From positions 81,195 through 145,194 of the IMG/VR virus record IMGVR_UViG_3300030328_002122: DNA of 64,000 bases, one strand, 5' to 3'. The stretch comes from a virus. This document shows positions 11,162 to 21,589 of the stretch, piece by piece. How positions within the stretch are numbered: the stretch's first letter is position 1; each line of letters begins with the position of its first letter. Both the position numbers and the translations under genes were made by a program. The notes below the pieces were generated by a model. The model was not told the origin of the DNA. It saw only the letters and a program-made list of their open reading frames with translations, and made no database searches.

Positions 11162-14100
11162 ATGGGAAAATCAAGAGATAGAGCTAATCGTTCTGGAAGT
11201 GATCCAGTAAATATCGGCACAACAAGGTTGGCTGTTGATTCTGGTAATGTAAAAGTCACTGCTCAAGATGGTACAACATTTAAAAAGATTTTTGCAGAAG
11301 AAGTGCAAGTAGGGGTTGGTAATAATAGAGTTATACTTAAAAGAGGTTCAGATGGAAAAGCTGAGTTTCAATCTACAGCTGATGGTGGTGGTTCAACAAC
11401 AAATTTAACAGTAGGTGGTTCTAGTACTGTAACTAATCCTTCCGATTTACCCATTACTGGAAATCAAGCTGGTGATACAATATTGGTAACATCAAATAAT
11501 AATTTGATGATCTACAATGGTTCTGGTTGGTACAAAATAGCTACCATAACTAATGCAACACCTACAATATCATCAGCTGGAAATGCGAGTTATACTTTTG
11601 CTACAGATGGTACTCCAGTAAGTATCGAAATTACAGCATCTGATCCAGAGGGTGTTGCATTACAATATAAGTATCAAGTCACAACTGGTTCTCTTGGAAG
11701 TACAGCTGCTGTAACAAATAGTGCAACATCTGGTGGAACTTATAGTGCATTAGCCGCCAATACCTATAGTAATAATAGATTTTTTAAAGTGACGCCCAGC
11801 ACAAATAGTGCTCATGCTGGTGCATTCGCAATCACATTTTCTGTAACTGATGGTGTTAATACTGCTAATTCAAGTGCATCTTCATTTACTTTGGCATTTG
11901 AGGTTTCTGGTTCATTGAGATTTGATGGTACTGGAGATTATATAACTGTTCCAAGTTCTACTAATCTCCAATTAGGATCATCAAACTTTACAGTAGAATT
12001 TTGGTTGTATTTACCTGTAGCAATTGCTAGTAATTATCAAATTTATATTGGAAAAGGGCATAATGCTGATAGCAGTAGAGAATGGTATTTAGAGGGTATG
12101 TCTGATGGAAAAATTGATTTATTTTGGTCAACTAATGGCGGTGGTTGGAGTAGTGCTGAAGTAACTGGAGTTTTACCTATAAGGACATGGCATCATATCG
12201 TTATGCAAAGAACAGGAAGTACTTTAAAGGTATATACAAACGGCAACGAATCATATGTTAATAGTTCTTTTCCAACTATTCATTCGGGCAGTCAAATATT
12301 AAACATTGGCGGGTTCAATGATGGAAGTGGACTATATTCAAATAGTTTTATGTCAAATGTAAGACTTATAAAAGGTTCTAATGCTTATACTACAACTGGT
12401 GGATCTATTAATCTTACTCCATCAAATGCAAATGTTTCTCTTGCCACAGATGCTGATTATTTGATAGGTAGTAGTGAAGATTTTACAATTGAAGCTTGGG
12501 TTTATACACCTTCAAGTTTTGCATTAAATAATGCTAAGTGGAGAACAGTTTATTTTTGTGGTACTAATGGTGCATTACAAATTGCATATGATACAGCTGG
12601 AAAACCTGTTTTTTATTCTGGAGGCAATATTATTCTTGCTACTACTGCTTCAACGGCATCAACTTGGGAACATATAGCTTTTACTAGAACTGGTTCTTCT
12701 ATGGTATTTTATCGAAATGGTGTCGCTGATGGTACAGCTACAAATAATGCAGCACATGGTGCAAATACTAATGCACATTATATTGGTGCTTATAGTGGAA
12801 CTGAAGGTGGTCTTGGTGGTTATATATCTAATTTTAGATTTGTTGTAGGTACAGGTGTATATACTGGTGCTTTTACTCCACCTCATGCTTTAACAACTAG
12901 TGGTGGAACTTATGCTTCTACTGCAAACGTAAATACATCATTTACAGCTTCACATACTATGATATTAACTGGACAAAGTTCATCTTCAGTAACAGACGCA
13001 AGCCAGAAAAATGAAACTTTAACACTAGGAAGCAGTGCAGCTGCAGCTGCAAATAGTCCATTTATTACAGTACCAACTGAACCAATAAGTGCTATATCAA
13101 ATACTATGTTATTAGTAGGAACTGAAAAAGAATCAGTTGCTGTTACAGATGGTGCATATAGTTTTGATGCAGTTACATCAAGATTAAAAACTCCAGATTC
13201 TTCAAGTGGTGCTTATAATCTTCCTGCTGATACACCAATGACACTTGAAATGTGGTATTATATGAGAGCCACTCCAGCTAATTCTGTATATCTTTGGTCA
13301 TTACACGATTATCAAGTTCATATGACTTATTATAGTAGTTATAGTAGTCACAATCAACCTCATATGCAACTTTATCTTGGTAAAGGTGGTTCTACTAGAT
13401 TGTATGGTAATGGAAATACAGGCACTTCTCTTAATACTTGGTATCATGTTGCTGTAACTAGAAATTCGAGCAATGTTTGGAATATGTATATTGATGGCGT
13501 AAAACAAACACTTGGTGCTGGTGGTGGAGCTGGTGGTTCACAAATAACTAATAATAGTGGTTGGACAGGAGCATCTGAAGCTGCAAGAATAGGAATAAAT
13601 TGTTATCCAGTAGTTTCTAGTGCTTCTTGGGCTGTAAATTCTGGTATGAATGGAGCTCTTTCAGATATAAGATGGGTCGTAGGAACTTGTGTTTATTCTG
13701 ATAGTTTTACTCCACCTTCAGGCCCATTAACAAAAACTGGTGGAACTTATCCATCAAATACAAATATCAATACATCTATAACATCTTCTCACACTAAAAT
13801 GTTAACTGCACAGAGTAGTGGTGTTGCTGGTGGTTTAGAATTTACTGGTAGTGGTGAAACTACTACTGCAAGTCATGCTGGTTTTGATTTTGGATCTAAT
13901 GATTTTACTGTAGAATTTTGGTACAAATGGAAAGATAATAGTGGGTATCAAACTCTCATAGATCAATATTATCATGTGGGGGCTCGTCATTTTTTACTTC
14001 AAGCTAATACTAGTACAACTAAATGGGGAGTATTTATAAATCAGACTCATATTGGAAGTGCTTATGAATCATCAGATGCTACTATAGGTATATGGCATCA

Positions 14101-15286
14101 TTATGCTATAGTAAGAAATGGTAGTGCGTTTAAGATGTATAGAGATGGCGTAGAAACTATATCTGCTACTGTTTCTGGATCATTAAGTGGAACAGAAGTT
14201 ACAAAATTTAATCATGCATCACATACCACTTCTGGATCAGTTAGTAATTTACGAGTGGTAAAGGGTACAGCTGTGTACACAAGTGCTGGTTTTACATTAC
14301 CAACTGGTAATTTAACTGCAATAAGTGGAACATCTTTATTGTTATTCCAAGAAAATAGTGGAACAACATTAGATGATGGTAGTACAAATAATGTTACTAT
14401 AACAAAACATAGTGGTCATAATATTATAACTGGTGGTGGCCCATATTATTGGAAAGATAATAGTGATAGTGGTTTTAGATTATCTGCATCTGGTGCTGGA
14501 AATGCTACTAAAACAACTGGTGTAACATACCCTTCAAAAGATATAAGCACACAAAATAATTCATTATCTTTTAAAGGAGATACATCACACAGCTTTGCAA
14601 CTCCATTTAGTGATGGTGGTGGTGGATCTACATTGTTTTGTGCTACTCAGACACTTGGCGGTAATCATTCGGGGCATTATGCTGATGCTCCAGATAGTGC
14701 CCAATTTAGTATGGGTACTGGTGATTTTACTATTGAGGGTTGGGTATATCCTTATGATCAACAACATAATCGAGGATTTTGGGCTTTAAGTACTACTGCT
14801 GCTGACAGTTGGAATTGGAATAGTGGAAATTCATTAGGATTTTTAAGAGGGTATGGTGATAGTGGAAATTTAGGGTTTTATGGTATTGGCAACGAACATA
14901 ACTTAACTACTACTGTTAATCCAGCGATTAATACTTGGTTTCATTTTGCCTTTGTTAGAATTTCTAACACTTTAAAGATCTATATTGATGGTGTTGAAAA
15001 GCATTCTGCAACTGATAACACTAATTATACAGGTGATGGTATAAAAATTGGTGGTCTTGGTGGTGTCGGTGGTGTAGCACATTTTAATATGTCTAATTTC
15101 AGAATTGTTAAGGGAACTGGTGTCTATACAAGTGCTTTTAGTGTACCAACTTCACCATTAACTGCTATAACAAACACAGTTTTATTAACTTGTAATGACA
15201 GTAATAAAGTTGATGATGCAAGTACATCTGGTCATGTTATCACTACTTATAATGATGTGATTGCAACAAGATTTCATCCATTCTAA
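11162..15286 (+). CDS. LamG/concanavalin-A-like repeat virion fibre protein 3
   Basis: Five LamG-like modules; paralog of the two upstream genes. Confidence 0.8.
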   Translation: MGKSRDRANRSGSDPVNIGTTRLAVDSGNVKVTAQDGTTFKKIFAEEVQVGVGNNRVILKRGSDGKAEFQSTADGGGSTTNLTVGGSSTVTNPSDLPITGNQAGDTILVTSNNNLMIYNGSGWYKIATITNATPTISSAGNASYTFATDGTPVSIEITASDPEGVALQYKYQVTTGSLGSTAAVTNSATSGGTYSALAANTYSNNRFFKVTPSTNSAHAGAFAITFSVTDGVNTANSSASSFTLAFEVSGSLRFDGTGDYITVPSSTNLQLGSSNFTVEFWLYLPVAIASNYQIYIGKGHNADSSREWYLEGMSDGKIDLFWSTNGGGWSSAEVTGVLPIRTWHHIVMQRTGSTLKVYTNGNESYVNSSFPTIHSGSQILNIGGFNDGSGLYSNSFMSNVRLIKGSNAYTTTGGSINLTPSNANVSLATDADYLIGSSEDFTIEAWVYTPSSFALNNAKWRTVYFCGTNGALQIAYDTAGKPVFYSGGNIILATTASTASTWEHIAFTRTGSSMVFYRNGVADGTATNNAAHGANTNAHYIGAYSGTEGGLGGYISNFRFVVGTGVYTGAFTPPHALTTSGGTYASTANVNTSFTASHTMILTGQSSSSVTDASQKNETLTLGSSAAAAANSPFITVPTEPISAISNTMLLVGTEKESVAVTDGAYSFDAVTSRLKTPDSSSGAYNLPADTPMTLEMWYYMRATPANSVYLWSLHDYQVHMTYYSSYSSHNQPHMQLYLGKGGSTRLYGNGNTGTSLNTWYHVAVTRNSSNVWNMYIDGVKQTLGAGGGAGGSQITNNSGWTGASEAARIGINCYPVVSSASWAVNSGMNGALSDIRWVVGTCVYSDSFTPPSGPLTKTGGTYPSNTNINTSITSSHTKMLTAQSSGVAGGLEFTGSGETTTASHAGFDFGSNDFTVEFWYKWKDNSGYQTLIDQYYHVGARHFLLQANTSTTKWGVFINQTHIGSAYESSDATIGIWHHYAIVRNGSAFKMYRDGVETISATVSGSLSGTEVTKFNHASHTTSGSVSNLRVVKGTAVYTSAGFTLPTGNLTAISGTSLLLFQENSGTTLDDGSTNNVTITKHSGHNIITGGGPYYWKDNSDSGFRLSASGAGNATKTTGVTYPSKDISTQNNSLSFKGDTSHSFATPFSDGGGGSTLFCATQTLGGNHSGHYADAPDSAQFSMGTGDFTIEGWVYPYDQQHNRGFWALSTTAADSWNWNSGNSLGFLRGYGDSGNLGFYGIGNEHNLTTTVNPAINTWFHFAFVRISNTLKIYIDGVEKHSATDNTNYTGDGIKIGGLGGVGGVAHFNMSNFRIVKGTGVYTSAFSVPTSPLTAITNTVLLTCNDSNKVDDASTSGHVITTYNDVIATRFHPF

Positions 15287-15303
15287 AATTAAAGGAAAAT
15301 AAA

Positions 15304-16935
15304 ATGGGAAAATATGGAAAAACAATAACAGACTCATATAAAGAAGTTTTAGAGTGGACAGAAACTACAAATGAACTTCAAGAGAAAAAGAAAGTAACCA
15401 AACGAGAAATTGATAAGTTAGAAGATGGCAATGAACATGGAATGGTTGCACTCAAACTTGCACAATCTTTTGGTACTCCTAAAGAAATTAAGACAGTTCA
15501 AGACATTAATAAAAGACATAATAGAGCTGGATCTATTGAACATAAAGATCAAAAAGAAAGAGATGCAATTATTCGTAAGTACTACGATATGGCAGAAAAA
15601 GTTGAACTTGATGAAATGAATCCAACTGATCATGTTAAGAAAAAAGGTGACAAGTATTGTGTATATAATGCAGATGGTAGTGTTGCAAAAGAGTTTGATA
15701 ATGAAGAAGATGCTAATAAATATGCGATTGACAATCACGATAAACTAATGAATGAAGAAGATAAACTTGATGAGGGTGCATTTTGGGGTCAGGATAAAAT
15801 GGTCAAGTTCTTCAAAGATGCTGATAAGAAAAAAGGTCTTGTTCAGTTGAAAAAATCCACAGGTAGTTCAACATCAACGACTGTAACAGTCAAAGCAAAA
15901 GATATTAAAAAATATGAGAAACAAGGGTTTGAATTAGATCCTTACTTTGATGACATGAGAGAAGAAGTTGAACTTGATGAGAAATACGACTTGTATCATA
16001 AGTCTTTTTCAGATGCAATGAAACACGCTGTAGACTATGCAAAAAGTAAAATGGGTATTACAGTTGATCCAAAAGAAATTGATGATAAGGTTGCAACTGG
16101 CCCGAAAAAACCTTCTGATGGTAAAACTAATAAGTATAGGTTAAAGGGTAAGGGTGGAACTTTACAAATTCAAGTATATAACAAAGGTGGATCAAAACCA
16201 TTTGAATTAAATATGTATAAAGAAGAAATTGAACTTGATGAAGCAAAGTTTCAAGTAAATTATTCAAAGAATAATAAATTGTATTCAAAAACAATAAATG
16301 CAAAAGACGAAGATGATGCAGAAGAAAAGGCAATCAAACAATTCAAGATTGATGATGACGATATTAGAAGTGTTGTTAAAGAGTCACTTACTGAAGATGC
16401 AATGATTATAGATTTGGATTATTCTAAAAATCCAAAAGGTCTTTACAACGCAGTTCTTCAAATGTCCAAAAGATTAGGTCTTACAATATACAATGCACCA
16501 CAAGCTATGAAAGACTTACAAACTAAAGGTAAAGTTAGACTTGGTGGTACAGGTGCAAACCTTGTTAAGTTTATGAAACATCTAAATGACAAAGGTATTG
16601 AACCTAGTGTTGATGTTCAAAAAGGTAAGATGAAAGAAGAACTAGACTCTAGTCTAGAGGAAAAGAAACTTACAGATGCAGAGATGAAGAAAAGAGAAGA
16701 GATCGCAAAGGCTATAGAAAAAGATGATCCAGATATGCCTATGGATAAGAAGATGGCGATTGCAACTGCAACTGCAAAGAGAGTCGCAGAGGAAGAAGAA
16801 CCAGATAAACCAGACACTGCGAAACAAGTAGATCAGATGCGTGATGATAAAAAGAAAACACGTATCGCACAATTACAACTACAGATTGCAAAAGCAACTG
16901 AAACTATTAATAAATTAAATACACAGGAGAAATAA
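15304..16935 (+). CDS. acidic multi-domain head-internal polyprotein with repeated (E)ELDE linkers
   Basis: Small domains separated by NELQE, KVELDE, DKLDE, EEVELDE, EEIELDE, ESLTE and SLEE. Confidence 0.55.
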   Translation: MGKYGKTITDSYKEVLEWTETTNELQEKKKVTKREIDKLEDGNEHGMVALKLAQSFGTPKEIKTVQDINKRHNRAGSIEHKDQKERDAIIRKYYDMAEKVELDEMNPTDHVKKKGDKYCVYNADGSVAKEFDNEEDANKYAIDNHDKLMNEEDKLDEGAFWGQDKMVKFFKDADKKKGLVQLKKSTGSSTSTTVTVKAKDIKKYEKQGFELDPYFDDMREEVELDEKYDLYHKSFSDAMKHAVDYAKSKMGITVDPKEIDDKVATGPKKPSDGKTNKYRLKGKGGTLQIQVYNKGGSKPFELNMYKEEIELDEAKFQVNYSKNNKLYSKTINAKDEDDAEEKAIKQFKIDDDDIRSVVKESLTEDAMIIDLDYSKNPKGLYNAVLQMSKRLGLTIYNAPQAMKDLQTKGKVRLGGTGANLVKFMKHLNDKGIEPSVDVQKGKMKEELDSSLEEKKLTDAEMKKREEIAKAIEKDDPDMPMDKKMAIATATAKRVAEEEEPDKPDTAKQVDQMRDDKKKTRIAQLQLQIAKATETINKLNTQEK

Positions 16936-17589
16936 ATGTCCAAGTACTTTGAAACTAAAAAGGATAGTTTGGAACAGGCTGTGCTTGAGGCAATGTCGCC
17001 TGTACAGCCCGAAACAATTGTAGAAAAAATTGAGTATGTAGAATATAAATTTAAAAATTCTAAAGATGCAAAATCTGCTAAGTCATACTTTGAAGGAATC
17101 CAACTAATGACTTTTGATGTGAATGATGATAACATTAGTAATGGAGAACTTATGGTAGATGCTGGTAACAAAGATATGACCAAGTATCACAAAGAAGTTA
17201 TGCAAAAGTTTAAACCAAAAGTAATGACTCAAGAAAAGAAACTTACAGATGAAGATAAACTTGATGCAGTAAATCCAGACGCTGTTAAAAAGAAATTTAA
17301 AGATCGTAAGGATAAAGATATTGACAATGATGGTGATGTAGATTCATCTGATAAGTTTTTACATAAAAGACGTAAAGCAATATCAAAAGCAGTTAAAGAA
17401 CAAAGTGAAACACTAATTCAAAGAGCTGCAAATGAGATTACAAAAATGTGGGAAAAGTCTGCAAATGTAAAAAGTGAAGAAGAAATGGATGATGAAGATG
17501 ATGAAGAACCTAAGAATGGTAAAAAAACCATGACAGGTAAACCAATGTCTAAGGTTGAAACGGCCCCAAAAGACAAGATTGAGAAATAG
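16936..17589 (+). CDS. conserved T4-like phage protein with DxDxDGDxD motif
   Basis: DKDIDNDGDVDSSDKFLHKRRKAI motif. Confidence 0.6.
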   Translation: MSKYFETKKDSLEQAVLEAMSPVQPETIVEKIEYVEYKFKNSKDAKSAKSYFEGIQLMTFDVNDDNISNGELMVDAGNKDMTKYHKEVMQKFKPKVMTQEKKLTDEDKLDAVNPDAVKKKFKDRKDKDIDNDGDVDSSDKFLHKRRKAISKAVKEQSETLIQRAANEITKMWEKSANVKSEEEMDDEDDEEPKNGKKTMTGKPMSKVETAPKDKIEK

Positions 17590-17628
17590 ATAAATAGAAG
17601 AGTAAATTCTTAGAGAAGGAGAAATGAT

Positions 17629-18186
17629 ATGGCCCTATGGGGAAATTCAAGTACTGATGAGTCCAAACCAAAGTGGACTACTGATGGAAATAAAACAGCA
17701 GATAAACAAAATGTCTTTGCAACAGCGCAAGGATGGGTTATGCGTCATTATACAAAAGCTGATAAATCAACGCATTATGATGAAATTCTTTGTGCAATGA
17801 AAGGACTTCCTACTGCTCTGGCAGCTGCAACAATTACTTCTGTTCACTTTGACACGAAAACATTAGCACGAGCTGCTACTGGTAAAGTTATTGTTGTGTA
17901 TAACGAACTTGTTGATGTTACTAGTGGTGCAACTCTAGTTGTTACAGCATCTGGACAATCAAATCCAACAGCTACTGCAGCTGCACAGACAGGTACAAAT
18001 CGTGTGGAGTTCACATTTACAGTTCCTAATGCGGCAACCAATCTTTCAATTGGTGCTCAGACTCTTGGTGGTGGAAATAAAACTAAAGATGCAGGCACAA
18101 ACACTAATTCTGATAAAGTATTCGCTGCTGGTGATGTTATCGGTGCAGGCGGTAGTGGTGCAACTAAGACTATAGCAGTTGCATAA
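17629..18186 (+). CDS. virion structural protein (Ig-like)
   Basis: MALWG start; Ala/Thr/Gly-rich beta composition; GATAAATA late-like promoter at 17589 and a good SD. Confidence 0.55.
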   Translation: MALWGNSSTDESKPKWTTDGNKTADKQNVFATAQGWVMRHYTKADKSTHYDEILCAMKGLPTALAAATITSVHFDTKTLARAATGKVIVVYNELVDVTSGATLVVTASGQSNPTATAAAQTGTNRVEFTFTVPNAATNLSIGAQTLGGGNKTKDAGTNTNSDKVFAAGDVIGAGGSGATKTIAVA

Positions 18187-18204
18187 TAAATAGTAAGGAT
18201 AATT

Positions 18205-18459
18205 ATGAAAAAGAATGGTAACACTTTAAGTGTTGATGATATTGAAAAAAGAAAAGAAATGTTACAAACTGATATGAAACAAGTTCAGAAACAGTTGGAA
18301 CAAACAGAAAAAATGAAGTTTCAGTTGACGGCTCAACATAATGCACTCAATGGTGCAATACAACAATGTGACTCGTTTATTGAACAATTAAGTGGGGCGA
18401 ATAACGTCAGTAGCATCCCCTCGCAAGACGATAGAGCAGTAACTACTGCTCTTAGTTGA
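18205..18459 (+). CDS. coiled-coil hypothetical protein
   Basis: ORF with SD; heptad pattern. Confidence 0.55.
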   Translation: MKKNGNTLSVDDIEKRKEMLQTDMKQVQKQLEQTEKMKFQLTAQHNALNGAIQQCDSFIEQLSGANNVSSIPSQDDRAVTTALS

Positions 18460-18483
18460 GGGTTTAAAATATAGGAGATAAAA

Positions 18484-18969
18484 ATGGCTGATAAAAAAAT
18501 AACAGCGTTAACAGATTTAGGTGCAGCTATAGCAGATGTAGATTTACTACACGTTATAGATGATCCTGCTGGTAATCCAGTAAATAAAAAAGTTAGTATT
18601 GCAAATGTTTTTAACAATATTCCAACATATCTTGGATTGGGTGGAACTGCACAAACACTTACTGCAACAGGTAATCCGACAGTTGGTGCTGGTGCATCAT
18701 CAATAACATTAGTTGATTTAAGTGGTGCAAGTAGTAGTACAGCTGCAACTGGTACATTGGGTACAGGAACAAATGGTCAAATTAAAATAGTTGCAATGAA
18801 AAACGCACCTTCATCAAGTTCAGCATATACACTAACTGTAACTAATTGGGGATCAACTGCTACTGGAACTAACCAAATTGTATTAAACGCAATAGGTGAA
18901 GCTGTAGTTCTAATATGGATAGTAGATAAGTGGTATGTACTTTCAAATTTTAATGCAACCATTAGCTAA
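18484..18969 (+). CDS. virion structural/fibre-associated protein
   Basis: [12 protein letters not shown]...NKKVSIAN N-terminus typical of phage fibre attachment modules; GQIKIV...L.W....W C-terminus. Confidence 0.6.
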   Translation: MADKKITALTDLGAAIADVDLLHVIDDPAGNPVNKKVSIANVFNNIPTYLGLGGTAQTLTATGNPTVGAGASSITLVDLSGASSSTAATGTLGTGTNGQIKIVAMKNAPSSSSAYTLTVTNWGSTATGTNQIVLNAIGEAVVLIWIVDKWYVLSNFNATIS

Positions 18970-18983
18970 GGGAGATTAAAACT

Positions 18984-19199
18984 ATGAAAAAATCTCCTAT
19001 AGATCCTATCAGATATGGTGCAAATGGTAAACCCATATCTGAAAGTTCTGAAGTTTTACAGGAAATATTACAGGAAAATCCTAATATTGTAAAACTTCAT
19101 AAGAAAAAAGATCCAATGTTACATACTCATGATGATGGTGTGGAACATTCACATAAGGGTGGTGATAAACCACACGAACATAATGAAGAGGAAGATTAA
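18984..19199 (+). CDS. small protein with His-rich C-terminus
   Basis: HTHDDGVEHSHKGGDKPHEH; GGAG SD. Confidence 0.55.
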   Translation: MKKSPIDPIRYGANGKPISESSEVLQEILQENPNIVKLHKKKDPMLHTHDDGVEHSHKGGDKPHEHNEEED

Positions 19200-19200
19200 A

Positions 19201-19626
19201 ATGAAAAGATTTAATCAATACGTTTCTGAAGGAGCTAAGACTACTGAAGGTCAAGCAAGTGCAGATAGTGATTTCTCTTATGGTATGAGTAACCTATCTA
19301 ATCCAGAAGTCATTGAAAGAATCAATGCATTTCTAGGTGTGATGGGTAGTATGGAACATTTAGTTGCAGAACACGCCATAAATAAGTTAAGAGAAAGACT
19401 TTCAAGATTAGGTATTAATTTTGGTGATGTTGACCTATCAGAAGGTGGTGGTAAAATATCTTTACCATTATCACAGTATGCTAGATCTGGTAAAGAAGAA
19501 AATGGTGATGATATAAGTCCAGGCAGTGATAGTATTTCACATAATGTCGAAGGTGGATTATCATTACAGATTGAACATGAAAAAACTAAAGCAGGGACTC
19601 ATTTTATAAAGGCTAAAATAGTTTAA
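19201..19626 (+). CDS. hypothetical protein, probable capsid-internal
   Basis: Start at 19201 after GAGG gives MKRFNQYVSE (capsid-targeting-like). Confidence 0.55.
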   Translation: MKRFNQYVSEGAKTTEGQASADSDFSYGMSNLSNPEVIERINAFLGVMGSMEHLVAEHAINKLRERLSRLGINFGDVDLSEGGGKISLPLSQYARSGKEENGDDISPGSDSISHNVEGGLSLQIEHEKTKAGTHFIKAKIV

Positions 19627-19638
19627 TATAATTATATT

Positions 19639-20001
19639 ATGTATGAAAAATTAACGAATGAAAACATCATAATGTTTGCAATCAGACATTATGATAATCC
19701 ACAATGTGAAGGTGAATATGAGTTTCATGATGACATGAAACGATTCAAGTACATTAAGCGATTATTGAGAAAGTATGATGAAACTGGTGATTTAAAAGAA
19801 AGACTTATATTAAACCACATAACTGTCATATATAATGTCTTTGGTGCAGACGCTGGGTCTACTTTATTATTATTTAAGATTGAAAAAGAATTTTGGAGTG
19901 TTCTTAAAGCATTTATGAGATTTTTAAATATGATTTCTGATGATGAACTTAAAGAAATAGAAGAAGATCTAAAGGTAAAGAAAGTGTTAGAGAAACTATA
20001 A
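19639..20001 (+). CDS. conserved T4-like phage hypothetical protein
   Basis: FAIRHYDNPQC...DMKRFKYIKRLL...ERLILNH motif. Confidence 0.7.
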   Translation: MYEKLTNENIIMFAIRHYDNPQCEGEYEFHDDMKRFKYIKRLLRKYDETGDLKERLILNHITVIYNVFGADAGSTLLLFKIEKEFWSVLKAFMRFLNMISDDELKEIEEDLKVKKVLEKL

Positions 20002-20618
20002 TGGGAAGAGCGATTGATTTATTTGTAACTTATAGATTTATTAAACTATTGGTTACACCTTTTGAAAAAACAGATGCTTTTAAGTTGGGTATCATTGATG
20101 AAAAAGGAGTTAGAACAAAGAAAAGATTGTATAAAGCTGTAGAACAAAATGCATATACAGTTTTACACAAACTTGTTTTTAACATCAAGAAAATATTTCA
20201 AAAGGTGCCAGGTTTAAGAACAAAGTTAGGTACATATGCAGCTGCTTTATTCTTGTTGAAAGATACTTTTAAAGAACACATAGAAGATCCAGAGATGTTT
20301 GAAAAAGAGTTTATGAAGTATCTTAAAGAAAACAATATTGATTTAGATGATGATATTTCAGAAGAAGTAACATTAGATAATGGTAAACTATCAAAAGGAA
20401 TTTATTTACTTACACAAGATGTTATCGTAACAGGAGATGATGAGGAAGATGAAATAGATGCATTAGAAGGTGATGAAGTTGAAGCCTTTGAAGATCTTTC
20501 ACCCTCTGATACAATACTAGGTGTTGATGTTTTTCCTGTCATACATAAAAAGACGAAACAAAAAATATTTGTAAGTGCAGAAGATATAAAAGAATTACAA
20601 TTAGGGGATCTATTATGA
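20001..20618 (+). CDS. conserved T4-like phage hypothetical protein
   Basis: DLFVTYRFIKLLVTPFEKTDAFKLGIIDEKG motif. Confidence 0.7.
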   Translation: MGRAIDLFVTYRFIKLLVTPFEKTDAFKLGIIDEKGVRTKKRLYKAVEQNAYTVLHKLVFNIKKIFQKVPGLRTKLGTYAAALFLLKDTFKEHIEDPEMFEKEFMKYLKENNIDLDDDISEEVTLDNGKLSKGIYLLTQDVIVTGDDEEDEIDALEGDEVEAFEDLSPSDTILGVDVFPVIHKKTKQKIFVSAEDIKELQLGDLL

Positions 20619-21124
20619 GTATAAGTTTTGACGATTTAATGAAAAAGTTCTATGATGATCCAAAACTAGGATTACAATCAGAAGATGTGCCAACAACATC
20701 AACTGCTAATGTGCCTGGAGCTGGAGATGATTCTTCTACAGTAGTGGTTAAAAGAAAAAAGAAACCATATGATGGTAGAACTAAAGAAGCAAGAAACTTT
20801 TTAAAAAGAATAGAAAATTTAAGATCTAAAAGAGAATCAAAACTTGCAAAGAAAGTGCAAGAAAATACTGTAAATTTTGAGAATGAATATTTACTTGTAG
20901 AAGATAATATAGATGTTCTTAAAAATATTGTAAAGAATAAACAACACAAAACAATAAAGTTTAAAGATGGTTCTTTGAAAGTTGATATGTTTACTGCATC
21001 TGCAATTACAAAAGTTTTTGACTTGATTAATAAATCTAATCAAGAAAAAATGAAACGGATGGTAAATGGAAGTAAGGGTCAGTTTATGAAAATAGCTGAT
21101 TTTGCACTCTCTAAAGTAAAGTAA
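20615..21124 (+). CDS. hypothetical protein (DGRTK motif)
   Basis: Coupled ORF; KKPYDGRTKEAR motif; internal LxE sites. Confidence 0.55.
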   Translation: MSISFDDLMKKFYDDPKLGLQSEDVPTTSTANVPGAGDDSSTVVVKRKKKPYDGRTKEARNFLKRIENLRSKRESKLAKKVQENTVNFENEYLLVEDNIDVLKNIVKNKQHKTIKFKDGSLKVDMFTASAITKVFDLINKSNQEKMKRMVNGSKGQFMKIADFALSKVK

Positions 21125-21576
21125 TGAAAACATTCAAAGATTTTCTTAAAGAGGTATCTTACTCCTATGCGCTTGGTAACTATAAACCTATCGCAGATTT
21201 AAATGCGTCTACATCTGACGCAAAATTATCCAAAAAAGATTTAGACTCAGTAGAGAAATATGCAGATAGATTGTATAAATCTGTCGGTATTGATGTTGAG
21301 TTTACACGACATTTTCTGGATCGTGTTAATGATGTTCGCAACAAAACACAAATTACAGTTGCAGAGTTGATACGTATGTTTAAACAATCATACAAAAAAC
21401 ACGGCAAGAAAATAGCACAACTTGGGCCTGATGCCGAAGCTGTGCTCAACGATATGCAAACAGATATAAATGTTCCGTTTGTATTAAAGTGGGATGGAAA
21501 AGAACTGGATTTGGTAGCAAAAACTGTTATGAGAAAAAAGAACTTTGGTACTCCAAATCCTAAACTATCATTCTAA
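21124..21576 (+). CDS. hypothetical protein, probable capsid-internal
   Basis: MKTFKDFLKE N-terminus; FTRHFLDRVND...AKTVMRKKNF core. Confidence 0.65.
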   Translation: MKTFKDFLKEVSYSYALGNYKPIADLNASTSDAKLSKKDLDSVEKYADRLYKSVGIDVEFTRHFLDRVNDVRNKTQITVAELIRMFKQSYKKHGKKIAQLGPDAEAVLNDMQTDINVPFVLKWDGKELDLVAKTVMRKKNFGTPNPKLSF

Positions 21577-21589
21577 AGGAGAAAGTAAT

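Noticed and set aside
4068-15286. Diversity-generating retroelement acting on the fibre genes
   Set aside because: No reverse transcriptase in the window; repeats are short, in-frame and lack adenine-specific mismatch patterns
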